Under the pieces are notes generated by a model. It was given only the letters and a program-made list of their open reading frames with translations, had not been told where the DNA came from and searched no databases. Of a DNA stretch of 32,000 nucleotides, positions 20,128-28,681 are shown piece after piece. Position 1 is the first letter of the stretch; each line of letters starts with the position of its first letter. This stretch comes from Candidatus Methylomirabilis oxygeniifera (GTDB lineage: Bacteria; Methylomirabilota; Methylomirabilia; Methylomirabilales; Methylomirabilaceae): contig FP565575.1 of NCBI GenBank assembly GCA_000091165.1, positions 1,710,001 to 1,742,000 on the forward strand, in the 5' to 3' direction. The translations under genes were made by a program, and so were the position numbers.

Positions 20128-21102
20128 TCAGGAGGTCAGGAACAGGCAAAATTGATCCTGAGGATCGGTAAAGCGACCAAGGACCTGAAAGCCGTGGCGG
20201 GTGAGCAGCCATTCCATTCCCGACCGGGAATACTTATGACAGTTTTCTGTATGGATGGTTTCACCCTGTCGAAGATCGACATCAAGGTCCAGATCGGCGA
20301 TCCTCACGCATTGATCGCGCAGACTGACCAGGTGCATCTCGATCCGGCTGCGCTCGTGATTCCACACTGCCCGATGTCGAAATGTCGCCGGATCGAAGTT
20401 TGCGGATAGCTCCCGGTTGAGCCGCACCAGAATGTTCAGATTGAACTGTGCAGTCACACCTTGGGCGTCATCATAGGCGGCTTCCAGGACGGCCGGGTCT
20501 TTGATCAGGTCGACGCCAAGCAGCAGCCGGTCTATCGGACGCAAATGACGACGGAGCATCGTGAAAAACCCGGCGATCTCGTCCTCCGCAAAGTTGCCGA
20601 TAGTCGAGCCCAGAAAGGCGACCAGCCTGGGGCTGCTCGCGTCTGTTGCGAGGTAGCCCAGCCCATCCTCAAATTCGGCCGCGACCCCCACAACGCACAG
20701 GCGCGGGTAGTCATGCAAGAGCTGTCGCGTCCCGTTCTCCAATCCGGCGGGTGAGATATCAACGGCGTAGTAGGTAAGCTCCTGCTGTCTGGCCAGACAA
20801 GAGTCGATCAGATATCGGATCTTTGTGGAGCTGCCGCTGCCAAGCTCGACCAGCGCAAGATCCAGTGGACAATGCCCGATAATGGAAGCAGCATCTCTCT
20901 TGAGAATCGCGGTCTCGGTTCGCGTCAGATAATACTCGGGCAGCTCGCTGATCTGCTCGAACAGCGCGTTGCCTTCAGGATCATAGAAATATTTACATGG
21001 AAGCCGCTTCTTCGACGCGGTCAGCGCCTGTCGGACTTCCTCAGCCAACGTACTCTGAGCATGCCTGAGCGCAATGCCGGTATATCGTTCATCGTCCATC
21101 AC
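20128..21102 (-). CDS. egtD: L-histidine N-alpha-methyltransferase-like protein (EgtD/EanA family)
   Basis: YYLTRTETAIL, ELGSGSSTKIRYLI, YYAVDIS, FLGSTIGNF, LLGVDLIKDPAVLEAAYDDAQGVTAQFNLN, HTENCHKYS motifs. Confidence 0.87.
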   Translation of the reverse strand: MMDDERYTGIALRHAQSTLAEEVRQALTASKKRLPCKYFYDPEGNALFEQISELPEYYLTRTETAILKRDAASIIGHCPLDLALVELGSGSSTKIRYLIDSCLARQQELTYYAVDISPAGLENGTRQLLHDYPRLCVVGVAAEFEDGLGYLATDASSPRLVAFLGSTIGNFAEDEIAGFFTMLRRHLRPIDRLLLGVDLIKDPAVLEAAYDDAQGVTAQFNLNILVRLNRELSANFDPATFRHRAVWNHERSRIEMHLVSLRDQCVRIADLDLDVDLRQGETIHTENCHKYSRSGMEWLLTRHGFQVLGRFTDPQDQFCLFLTS

Positions 21103-21299
21103 GTCGCCTCACGTCCGCTGTCCGGGTGATACCGTTCTTTCGCCCCACTGTCAAGGAGAAAGAGATGGAAACTATGGTGATTGTACTGCTTTTATGCTAC
21201 AAGTACTACGGTACATAATGAGGTACGGTTGGTTTAAGCGATAGTCGGCCTCAGCCTGTCGGTTCTGAGGCGGATTGTCGCGCAAGAAAGGGAGAGCGC

Positions 21300-21569
21300 A
21301 TGGCGAAGCGCACCAAGCTCCAAATTGGTGTTGAGACTGTTGATGGGATCGATCTCGATTTCCGGACGCTGCGCGAGGAGTGGAACGAGTATGAGACGGA
21401 AGACGGTACCCGGGTTCGAGTGAAGCTTGTTGTAAGCGGCATCATCAGGACCGATCGATACGATCACCAGACAGACCAACCGATCTATGTGGTCCAATCC
21501 GGAAACATCGTCGTAACCAAAGCGCTGGACGAACTGAAAGAAGAGCTGCGCCGGCGGCAACCCGGTTAA
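21300..21569 (+). CDS. Hypothetical protein (89 aa)
   Basis: MAKRTKLQIGVETVDGIDLDFRTLREEWNEYETEDG...; protein-like composition, no recognised family. Confidence 0.5.
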   Translation: MAKRTKLQIGVETVDGIDLDFRTLREEWNEYETEDGTRVRVKLVVSGIIRTDRYDHQTDQPIYVVQSGNIVVTKALDELKEELRRRQPG

Positions 21570-21584
21570 GCGCGACGTGATCCT

Positions 21585-21671
21585 GCCGGGGTGGCGGAAC
21601 TGGGAGACGCTCGGGACTTAAAATCCTGCGGGCTTCGGCTCATGCGGGTTCGACTCCCGCCCCCGGCACCA
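21585..21671 (+). tRNA. tRNA-Leu (TAA anticodon)
   Basis: Acceptor GCCGGGG/CCCCGGC, anticodon loop CTTAAAA, long variable arm (GGCTTCGGCTC), T-arm GCGGGTTCGACTCCCGC, encoded CCA. Confidence 0.95.
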
Positions 21672-21714
21672 TTCTGTTTGACAGCGCTCTAAAACCGCTG
21701 GCTGTATTGCAAAA

Positions 21715-21746
21715 AAAAGAGTTAGGCGAAATCGCCTAGCTCTTTT
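21715..21746 (+). terminator. Rho-independent terminator after tRNA-Leu
   Basis: AAAAGAGTTAGGCG-AAAT-CGCCTAGCTCTTTT hairpin with one G-U wobble and a T-rich 3' side. Confidence 0.8.
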
Positions 21747-22408
21747 GATTGTCTTGGTTGCGGGGGAGGGATGTTTTCAAACCGTTAGCCTTGCACCCAC
21801 TGAAGAATTAGTAACTTAGCTGCGCCTAAGAAATAAGTATAGCCCAATTCTGTAAGAAAACAATAGCTAATTTTCAGAAAGTAAGTTACGTCAAGCTTAA
21901 CGTTCAGGCTGTCAACCTTAACGTCGCAGACATTACGCTGAACGTTGAGTCCGAACTTCTTAGCCAAGCCTAACGCGCCCACTCGCTCCTTTCTGGCGCA
22001 AGCAGTGCGCCTCTCTCTCGCTCGATCGCATCATCTCGATAGGCCGCGTCCCCCTTTGGTCGTCGTATAGTCCCACGGTCTCCTCGTTCGTTGCCTTGTC
22101 ACCCTCTTCCACGAAAATGGTGAGAGAGAGGAGCTACCTAAAATCAGTCACACTAAACAAAAAGCAGAGCAGATGTCAGCATAGGTCAATACTGTTCCTA
22201 AGTGCCTGGAGAAATAGTTAGTCTTGTAACCATGTGAAGATTTATTTAAAATGAGTGTTGACTTCTGAATCGCGATGTTTTATATTTGCCTAGATTCCTC
22301 GTAGCCTTCCCTTAATCAACACGCCACAGGCCTTCTGTTCTTCCACAAAATTTAACGCCAACCCTTTCACCTTTCCGCTGTACCCACCCCGATTAACTGC
22401 CCACCCCA

Positions 22409-23176
22409 ATGCGTTTAAAACAGGTCAAGATCCCCTCCTTTGCTTTTGATAGCCACTCCAAACTGGCCACCTACCCGAAGGCTTTGGCGTCAGACGGTCA
22501 GATCGTTACCTCTGGGGCGATGGACGTCCTTCTGCATGTGGCCAAGCACCCACCCACATTTGCAATGATCGATGGCCAAACCTACCTCATTTCTAACCTC
22601 CTAAGCTGGCATCTCATCCGGGAGGTACTCGACCGCAATGAATTCGTTGCAGCAATCTGCGATCCCTCGGAGTGCTCGCAGCACGCCGATGTCGAGCGTT
22701 TTGCTCGCTACGACGATGCGCTGCATATCGGACTTGTCAGGACACATACTTCAGCCGCCAAGAGCAGGCCCACTGACACCCGGAAACGGCACTTAGAAGC
22801 AGGACAGATTTGTCCAGTGTGCATCAATTACAGATCGGACAAGGTCAAGCCCCTCGAAGTGCCCATGTCTACTGATCAAAACTGGCGTGCTGTCCGTGCT
22901 CGGGGGCTCGACGGTATAGTCAAGTGTCACCGATGCAGATTCAGGCTCACGCTCAGCCATGAGGAATATAGCCGCTTTCTTGTCTACAGCCTTTCCACGT
23001 CCGAAATCGTCACCATGCGGCTTGACGGGAATCAGCCCGTGATCTGTCCCGTTTGCGCAGCACGAGGCAGGCGCGGGATCGTCCTGATGCGCTGGCACGA
23101 CGATTGTATAGTAACGCGTTGTTCTCACTGCCTCTATGATTTTGAGGCGTACTCGCTCCGCGCCGAGGCGGCATGA
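22409..23176 (+). CDS. Hypothetical zinc-ribbon protein, first gene of the recombinase operon
   Basis: Two pairs of CxxC knuckles (CPVC...CHRC and CPVC...CSHC); stop overlaps the next start (ATGA). Confidence 0.7.
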   Translation: MRLKQVKIPSFAFDSHSKLATYPKALASDGQIVTSGAMDVLLHVAKHPPTFAMIDGQTYLISNLLSWHLIREVLDRNEFVAAICDPSECSQHADVERFARYDDALHIGLVRTHTSAAKSRPTDTRKRHLEAGQICPVCINYRSDKVKPLEVPMSTDQNWRAVRARGLDGIVKCHRCRFRLTLSHEEYSRFLVYSLSTSEIVTMRLDGNQPVICPVCAARGRRGIVLMRWHDDCIVTRCSHCLYDFEAYSLRAEAA

Positions 23177-25020
23177 ATCAGAATTATGTACTGACAGAAT
23201 TCCTCAATCGCACCGGCACTCGCACAGCTACTGAAACCTCTTACTGGAATAGTAATATCATCACCCACATTCGACCGCACCTACTCAACGCCCTGTCCGG
23301 ATTACCAGAGCACACGGTCAGACGCTGGCTTTGGGCACTTCTCAGCGCTGCTGACGTACCTTTCGAGTGTGAAGGGATTCTCGCAGGTGAGCATGTCCTG
23401 CGATATTTAGTCGACCGGCATCTCTCATCCACGCTCTCACTAACGCGCATTAACGCCCGCTCCACAACAGTTTCGTGGCAGCCCAACCCGCTTGACCCGA
23501 CAATTCCACACCAAGTTCTTGATGCACTCTTTCATGCCCTTCGCGGATTATCGCCCGAGCGCACGGCACCTCTCAACAGGCGTCCGCCTCAGAGGGAGGG
23601 AGAGATTTGGTCGTTTTACCTCCAAGCGTTCCCGTTCGGGAAAAAATGTCCCTCCGCACTGCTGTTCGCGACCTGCGGAATCCTCTTGGGTCTGCGACTT
23701 CAACTCTACCACCGGAATGAGCCAGAAACGCTCAAGTGGTACGCAACTGCAGCACGAATGTTGTTTAAGTACTTCAACCACAATAGACTCACCACTCCGA
23801 TTCAGCCACTCAACCGAAAAGACTTCCTGGCGATTGTTGAGTGGAGCCTCCAAGCTCTTACCAAGAACCTCCGGCGGAGCAATGATCCCAAAGCATTACG
23901 CGAACTATACCGCGTTCGCCTCAAGCGACTCTTTGACGGCCATCAAGCCAAAAAACACCCCCATGTGGGGCCAACCAAGAACAACATCAAGACTCCAGAA
24001 CCGGCGATAGCCTCCTACGAACATCGTCCCATGGACGACCTTCCCCCAGAGATGGCCGGCGATGATCCCGCTGCAGCGTCCCTCAACCCGTTACACATTG
24101 ACGAATGCGTCGGTTATGATACAGACGACGATGACGGCACAGCGGGCGATACTGTGATACAGGAGCGTGATCTCGCCATTCATCGCTCCGCGATCTATAC
24201 GCAACCCCCGACCCAGGACGTTGTCCCGCGTAAGCCCTCCCTCTCGTCGAGCGACGTATCACGCTTTATCCTTCACCAATTTCCCTTCTGGTGGGATCCT
24301 CTCCGTGGCGGGATTGGACCACACCGGTTGATCGCTTGGCATAGACAGATCGACGCATGGCTTCAGACCGGCGTCGCAGATGGCCGCCTCTTGGTTCCAC
24401 CCCTTTCCATGTACTACGGCTGGGCTGGGTTCGCCATCACTGAGATTCAGGTAGCTTCCTATCCCACTGACGAGGATGCTCCTACAATTCCTCGGGACTG
24501 CTTCCTCTTCGATCCGGTCCGATGGCTCTTTTTTTACTACCAGCAGACACTCCAAGGACGCTCCTCCTTCATCCCGAAGTCACCAGATGGGTGGAGGCCA
24601 TCGACTCGCTGGATTGCCGTCCCGGTCGCTCCTAGACTTTCACCACTTCTCGCAACTACCCTGAAGTTTCTGGATGCGCACAACGCCCTCGTCGAGGGAG
24701 CCTCGCTCCTGCAGATCCTTACCAGAGATGGAACCCTCACGCCGCTGACGCCACGCCGATTCAAACAGATCCATCGCTCAATACTGAAAAAGACTCAACG
24801 AGACCTGCCGACACCTCCTGCCCTCGCCAGAGCGTTTCATCCGCTTATCACTACCCTGTGCGGACTAGATGAGGTAAGCGCCCGCTACCTCTCACGCCGC
24901 ACGATCACTCGGGGATTCGTCCAATCTCACTATACCCACCTGACTTTCGATCGCTTCTTCCAGGTATGCTACCAGGCCTGGAACATCTTGGACAAATGGT
25001 TGTGCGGGTTCATGGAATGA
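23173..25020 (+). CDS. Hypothetical 615-aa protein; probable catalytically degenerate tyrosine-recombinase-like protein
   Basis: C-terminal layout resembles a tyrosine recombinase (YYGWAGFAITEI at the box-I position; WIAVPVAPRLSPLLATTLKFL; SHYTHLTFDRFF at the catalytic-tyrosine position) but no clear box-I Arg or HxxR. ATGA overlaps at both ends. Confidence 0.55.
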   Translation: MNQNYVLTEFLNRTGTRTATETSYWNSNIITHIRPHLLNALSGLPEHTVRRWLWALLSAADVPFECEGILAGEHVLRYLVDRHLSSTLSLTRINARSTTVSWQPNPLDPTIPHQVLDALFHALRGLSPERTAPLNRRPPQREGEIWSFYLQAFPFGKKCPSALLFATCGILLGLRLQLYHRNEPETLKWYATAARMLFKYFNHNRLTTPIQPLNRKDFLAIVEWSLQALTKNLRRSNDPKALRELYRVRLKRLFDGHQAKKHPHVGPTKNNIKTPEPAIASYEHRPMDDLPPEMAGDDPAAASLNPLHIDECVGYDTDDDDGTAGDTVIQERDLAIHRSAIYTQPPTQDVVPRKPSLSSSDVSRFILHQFPFWWDPLRGGIGPHRLIAWHRQIDAWLQTGVADGRLLVPPLSMYYGWAGFAITEIQVASYPTDEDAPTIPRDCFLFDPVRWLFFYYQQTLQGRSSFIPKSPDGWRPSTRWIAVPVAPRLSPLLATTLKFLDAHNALVEGASLLQILTRDGTLTPLTPRRFKQIHRSILKKTQRDLPTPPALARAFHPLITTLCGLDEVSARYLSRRTITRGFVQSHYTHLTFDRFFQVCYQAWNILDKWLCGFME

Positions 25021-25832
25021 TCGACATGATGCCGCGGCCCTCACGGGGCGACACTCCACGCGATCGACTTGTCCTGTCTGTCCCGCCGCCTGGCGGTTTC
25101 GGATCGCCGGTCGTCCGCACGACGGCGGCCACGCGGGATATAATTCTGCAACTCGAAGATACGATTATCCGGACAGCCAAGCCCTGGAATCGAGAGGACG
25201 TTTTGATCCACCATACAAGCATGACCGCTTACACCATGCTTGCGGTTTTTCACCTGGGCATCCGCCCGCGCAACACGCCGCATATAGGTGGAGCGGACTT
25301 GACCGGCGCCACCGCCCACTGGGTAATACAAGACAAGAGCAGCAAGATCTACTTTGAAGAGCGTCTCCTGTATGTCCCACCAGTCGTTGTCCACCTAGTC
25401 CAACAACTCGGGACGTTTCGAGGGCGGCTGGAGCGTGAGATTCTGAATCACCTCGGCTCTTCTGCCATCGCCCGACTGCCGGCAGATCCCTTATTCTTTT
25501 TCGATACAACTGGGTCGGTAGTCCCGTTTTCTTTGAAGGCATTCTGGGCGGCGCTTTGTGCGTTACCTATCGGGTTCCCGGCCGACACGCCGAGAAACTT
25601 CGGCCGCCACTGGCTTCGCACCCGACTCGCCGAAGACGGCGTCGCGGATGACCTGATGAACATGTGGTTTGGTCACACCGCGGCCGGTCGCGAACCGCTC
25701 GCCAATCACGCCAGTACGTGTTACGGACCCGCCCTGGCTCAACTCAGAGACAGAATTGCCGAATATTTACGAGAACTCGGCTTCAAGCATCTTGAATATT
25801 TCCGCCCCACAACAAGGAGGAGGTTCCTATGA
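25017..25832 (+). CDS. Site-specific tyrosine recombinase, mostly the catalytic domain
   Basis: HLGIRPRNTPHI (box-I Arg), RHWLRTRLAE (HxxR), FGHTAAGREPLANHASTCYG (GH...Y). Start at ATG 25017 overlaps the upstream stop. Confidence 0.75.
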   Translation: MIDMMPRPSRGDTPRDRLVLSVPPPGGFGSPVVRTTAATRDIILQLEDTIIRTAKPWNREDVLIHHTSMTAYTMLAVFHLGIRPRNTPHIGGADLTGATAHWVIQDKSSKIYFEERLLYVPPVVVHLVQQLGTFRGRLEREILNHLGSSAIARLPADPLFFFDTTGSVVPFSLKAFWAALCALPIGFPADTPRNFGRHWLRTRLAEDGVADDLMNMWFGHTAAGREPLANHASTCYGPALAQLRDRIAEYLRELGFKHLEYFRPTTRRRFL

Positions 25833-28132
25833 CGACCCCCGCCACCATGGATGATGCAATCAGTGATCTCGCCGCTCGCATGGATCGAAGGAGCCGCCAT
25901 GGCGAATCGATCGCCAAGGCTTGGTGGCGCATAAGGCTGCGAATCTTGGCAATACCGATCGGTTCCGACGGTATGCGACACCTGGCAGACGATGATGTCC
26001 GGGCCCTCTCCGCGCGCTTAAGTAAGCCGGATGACCCCCGAGTTCATCGTATTGAGCAAGACAAGCGTCTCAACGATATCCTGGCCGAACTCCAGCTCCA
26101 CAAGTTCCTGAAAAGCCCATTTATGAATCATCCGGTCCAGGTTCCTCGGCATCTCCTCCTCACCCTCGACGACCTCGACCCCGCAATGATCGAACGCGCT
26201 CAGAATTTCCGTCAACGCCTTCACGGCCGCTCGATGTTGCGACCTCCCGCAACTTGGCCGAAAAATGAGGAGGCGCTCTGGCACTTCTGTGTCTTCCTTG
26301 CCTCCCTCATCCTTGATACCGGCGTCCTCTTCCCGCAGATCCTCGGTGTTGTCCTCCATCTTGTCCATGAAGACTTCACCCCTGCGGGAACAATTAACCT
26401 TCCGCGCCGACGTCAGCGACGCGGCAAGCGTCCCATCGAAGCCACCGTCCGCCGAAGGCTCCACCCGGTGACAGTGCGGGCCTATACACGCTTCCAGCAT
26501 GCGCGTAGCCCCTTCCGTAAGGTGGGTGCCCCTTCAAAGACCGCTTTCGTGTGTCCTGACGAGTGGCGAACCCCAGAATGGATGCGTCAGGTCTTCCCGT
26601 CCCGATTGTGCGCCTTTCTCAACGCGTGTGACGCCCCCACAAAGCCCTTCAGCCCACGGCACCCCTTGAGGCAGCTCATGCGCTACGGCGCCGTGACGGC
26701 CGTCTTACGTGGCATCCCACCGTTTATCATTGATACCGCCATTGGGAATGTTCTCACGAGACTCGTCACCCCCAACAGCTACCGACGTATCTTTGAGAAC
26801 AAGCCACCGGCATGGATTCTCAACGCAGCCAAGGCCCCTGGCCCCGCTCGCCGTGGGCGAATCTCCGCTCGGACACGTATTCAGGGCACGGGCCTTGAAC
26901 TCTTCGAGAAGCTTGAGGCGCTCCGCTCTCGCCTGCGCCACAGTGAGGACAGTCGGAAAGCGCGGGATGCGTTTATTGATGAGATCACATCCCTCATTGG
27001 ATCCACTCCATTCCAGCCGATTCCAGGCCCGCTGACCCAAAAGGCGATCTTTGAAGCGAACGCCAGGATGTTCGGAGGCTTCATCGCGTTTCTTCTCCGA
27101 AGCAAAATTAAGATCAGTTCGGTGCTCACCCGGACCTCGGCCATCGCCGCCGCCTTCCCCGATCTCTTCGGCTCCAAGACTCTGTGGGCTTGGTCGGCCA
27201 GCGATTATACGAAGGCGTTACATTTCGGGATGGAGGAGCACGAAACTGATCACTTTCGCATCGCACTGAAGTGGCTCGTAGCTTTCCTGCATGACTTAGG
27301 GATTTCTACCCCGCGGATCTCCTGGTGCGATGACAATCTGCAGGAACCGCTCATCGTCACGCCTGCTCCGTTGGTGGGATTTAATGACTTCGACCGGGCC
27401 TTCGACACCTGCTTCATGCTCGACACCATCCCCGACGAACTGCGAGAGCTTCTTCAGATCATGCTCATCTTGGGTTTCTGGGTCGGCCTCCGCGCCAAAG
27501 AGGCATCCCTCCTGACTCTCCGCCATTACCATCCACATCCATTCCATCTGATTGAAGTGCGACACTCTAAGTTCCCGACCAGCACCAGGGATATGTACCT
27601 CCAATACATCGTCGCGCTGCCGTACCTCATGCGCCTCAACGCGTGGTACGCCAAACGTCTGGACGAGGCGAACGGCAATCTCGATGCGCCCCTTTTGGGA
27701 ACCGGCCGGAAGATGCGCTCTGCCTCCAAGAATCCGTTAGGCTTTTATGATTCCAGCTACCTCTCGGGACTGGCCGGCCTCGTCCTCCGATGCTCCATCG
27801 GCGAGCCGATATCGTTTCATGGCCTGCGTCATGCATTTGCGTCCTGGCTCCTCTTACGACTCCTCGCGACGGATCGTCGGATCACTGTCAAGCGCTCAAT
27901 ATACCCATGGGCGTCGCCGCTCGCATTTTCATCGGAGGCCTACGATTGCCTACGGCCGCTGCTGCATGGATTCGGTACGCCAAAACCCGGCCAATCGGAA
28001 TGCTCACACATCCTCATGGCGCTCTGCCGGTTGGTCGGTCATGCCAATCCGACGACAACGCTGGAAGAGTACTGTCACACCGTTGACGTGGCCCACGCGC
28101 TCATCGAGAGCCACTTGAGGGGTCGCGGTTGA
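25829..28132 (+). CDS. Large (767 aa) tyrosine recombinase/integrase-like protein
   Basis: FWVGLRAKEASLLTL (box I), RHSKFPTSTRDMYL (Lys region), FHGLRHAFASWLL (HxLRH), LVGHANPTTTLEEYCH (GH...Y); long uncharacterised N-terminal half. Confidence 0.8.
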   Translation: MTTPATMDDAISDLAARMDRRSRHGESIAKAWWRIRLRILAIPIGSDGMRHLADDDVRALSARLSKPDDPRVHRIEQDKRLNDILAELQLHKFLKSPFMNHPVQVPRHLLLTLDDLDPAMIERAQNFRQRLHGRSMLRPPATWPKNEEALWHFCVFLASLILDTGVLFPQILGVVLHLVHEDFTPAGTINLPRRRQRRGKRPIEATVRRRLHPVTVRAYTRFQHARSPFRKVGAPSKTAFVCPDEWRTPEWMRQVFPSRLCAFLNACDAPTKPFSPRHPLRQLMRYGAVTAVLRGIPPFIIDTAIGNVLTRLVTPNSYRRIFENKPPAWILNAAKAPGPARRGRISARTRIQGTGLELFEKLEALRSRLRHSEDSRKARDAFIDEITSLIGSTPFQPIPGPLTQKAIFEANARMFGGFIAFLLRSKIKISSVLTRTSAIAAAFPDLFGSKTLWAWSASDYTKALHFGMEEHETDHFRIALKWLVAFLHDLGISTPRISWCDDNLQEPLIVTPAPLVGFNDFDRAFDTCFMLDTIPDELRELLQIMLILGFWVGLRAKEASLLTLRHYHPHPFHLIEVRHSKFPTSTRDMYLQYIVALPYLMRLNAWYAKRLDEANGNLDAPLLGTGRKMRSASKNPLGFYDSSYLSGLAGLVLRCSIGEPISFHGLRHAFASWLLLRLLATDRRITVKRSIYPWASPLAFSSEAYDCLRPLLHGFGTPKPGQSECSHILMALCRLVGHANPTTTLEEYCHTVDVAHALIESHLRGRG

Positions 28133-28390
28133 TCTTCGCCAGCCATCCTCTGGCATCTTGGGAGAGCGGTTGGGTAACGGCAACATGAGCCGCCAGCACT
28201 TGCCCTGTCGTCTCCATCACGACAGTGAAGAAGTTTCTTGCGAACTGCTGAAGAACACCATAGAATCCGCCCTAGACTCTATCCGAACACTCCCCTGTTC
28301 ACACGAGGGACGTAAGGCTGGTGATCTTGCCCGACATCGCGTAAGATTGCCTTATCTCGTTCGCACGATGAAGGGTAGGTCGAGATAACG

Positions 28391-28681
28391 ATGCCGGATA
28401 CTGGGAGTACAGGTCATCGACAGCGGTTGCGGGATCGCTTCGCGAGTGGCGATCAAAGCTTTCGCTCAGAGGGATCCCTGCTTGAGCTTCTGCTGACCTA
28501 TACGATTCCGCAAAAGGACGTACGGCCGCTCGCCAAGCACCTGCTCTCGGAATATGGCAGCCTCTCCTCCCTGCGGGCTACGCTCCATTGCAGCGCCGAA
28601 CAGACCCGGCATCGCTACGCTCACGACTTCCTACACACGAACCTGATGGCCAAACATTCTCTCGGGGAGATTTGGGAATGA
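28391..28681 (+). CDS. RadC/UPF0758 N-terminal domain protein lacking the JAB/MPN domain
   Basis: GHRQRLRDRFASG...LLELLLTYTIPQKDVRPLAKHLLSEYGSL resembles the RadC N-terminal region; the ORF stops before a metalloprotease domain. Confidence 0.65.
   Translation: MPDTGSTGHRQRLRDRFASGDQSFRSEGSLLELLLTYTIPQKDVRPLAKHLLSEYGSLSSLRATLHCSAEQTRHRYAHDFLHTNLMAKHSLGEIWE

Noticed and set aside
22110-22408. Retron-like or other structured noncoding RNA before the recombinase operon
   Set aside because: There is no reverse transcriptase nearby and no convincing long hairpin seen by eye; the AT-rich spacer alone is not evidence.
28158-28388. 76-aa plus-strand ORF as an extra gene of the recombinase operon
   Set aside because: It is short, has no recognised motif and no strong ribosome-binding site; it may be spurious, so it was not listed as a feature.
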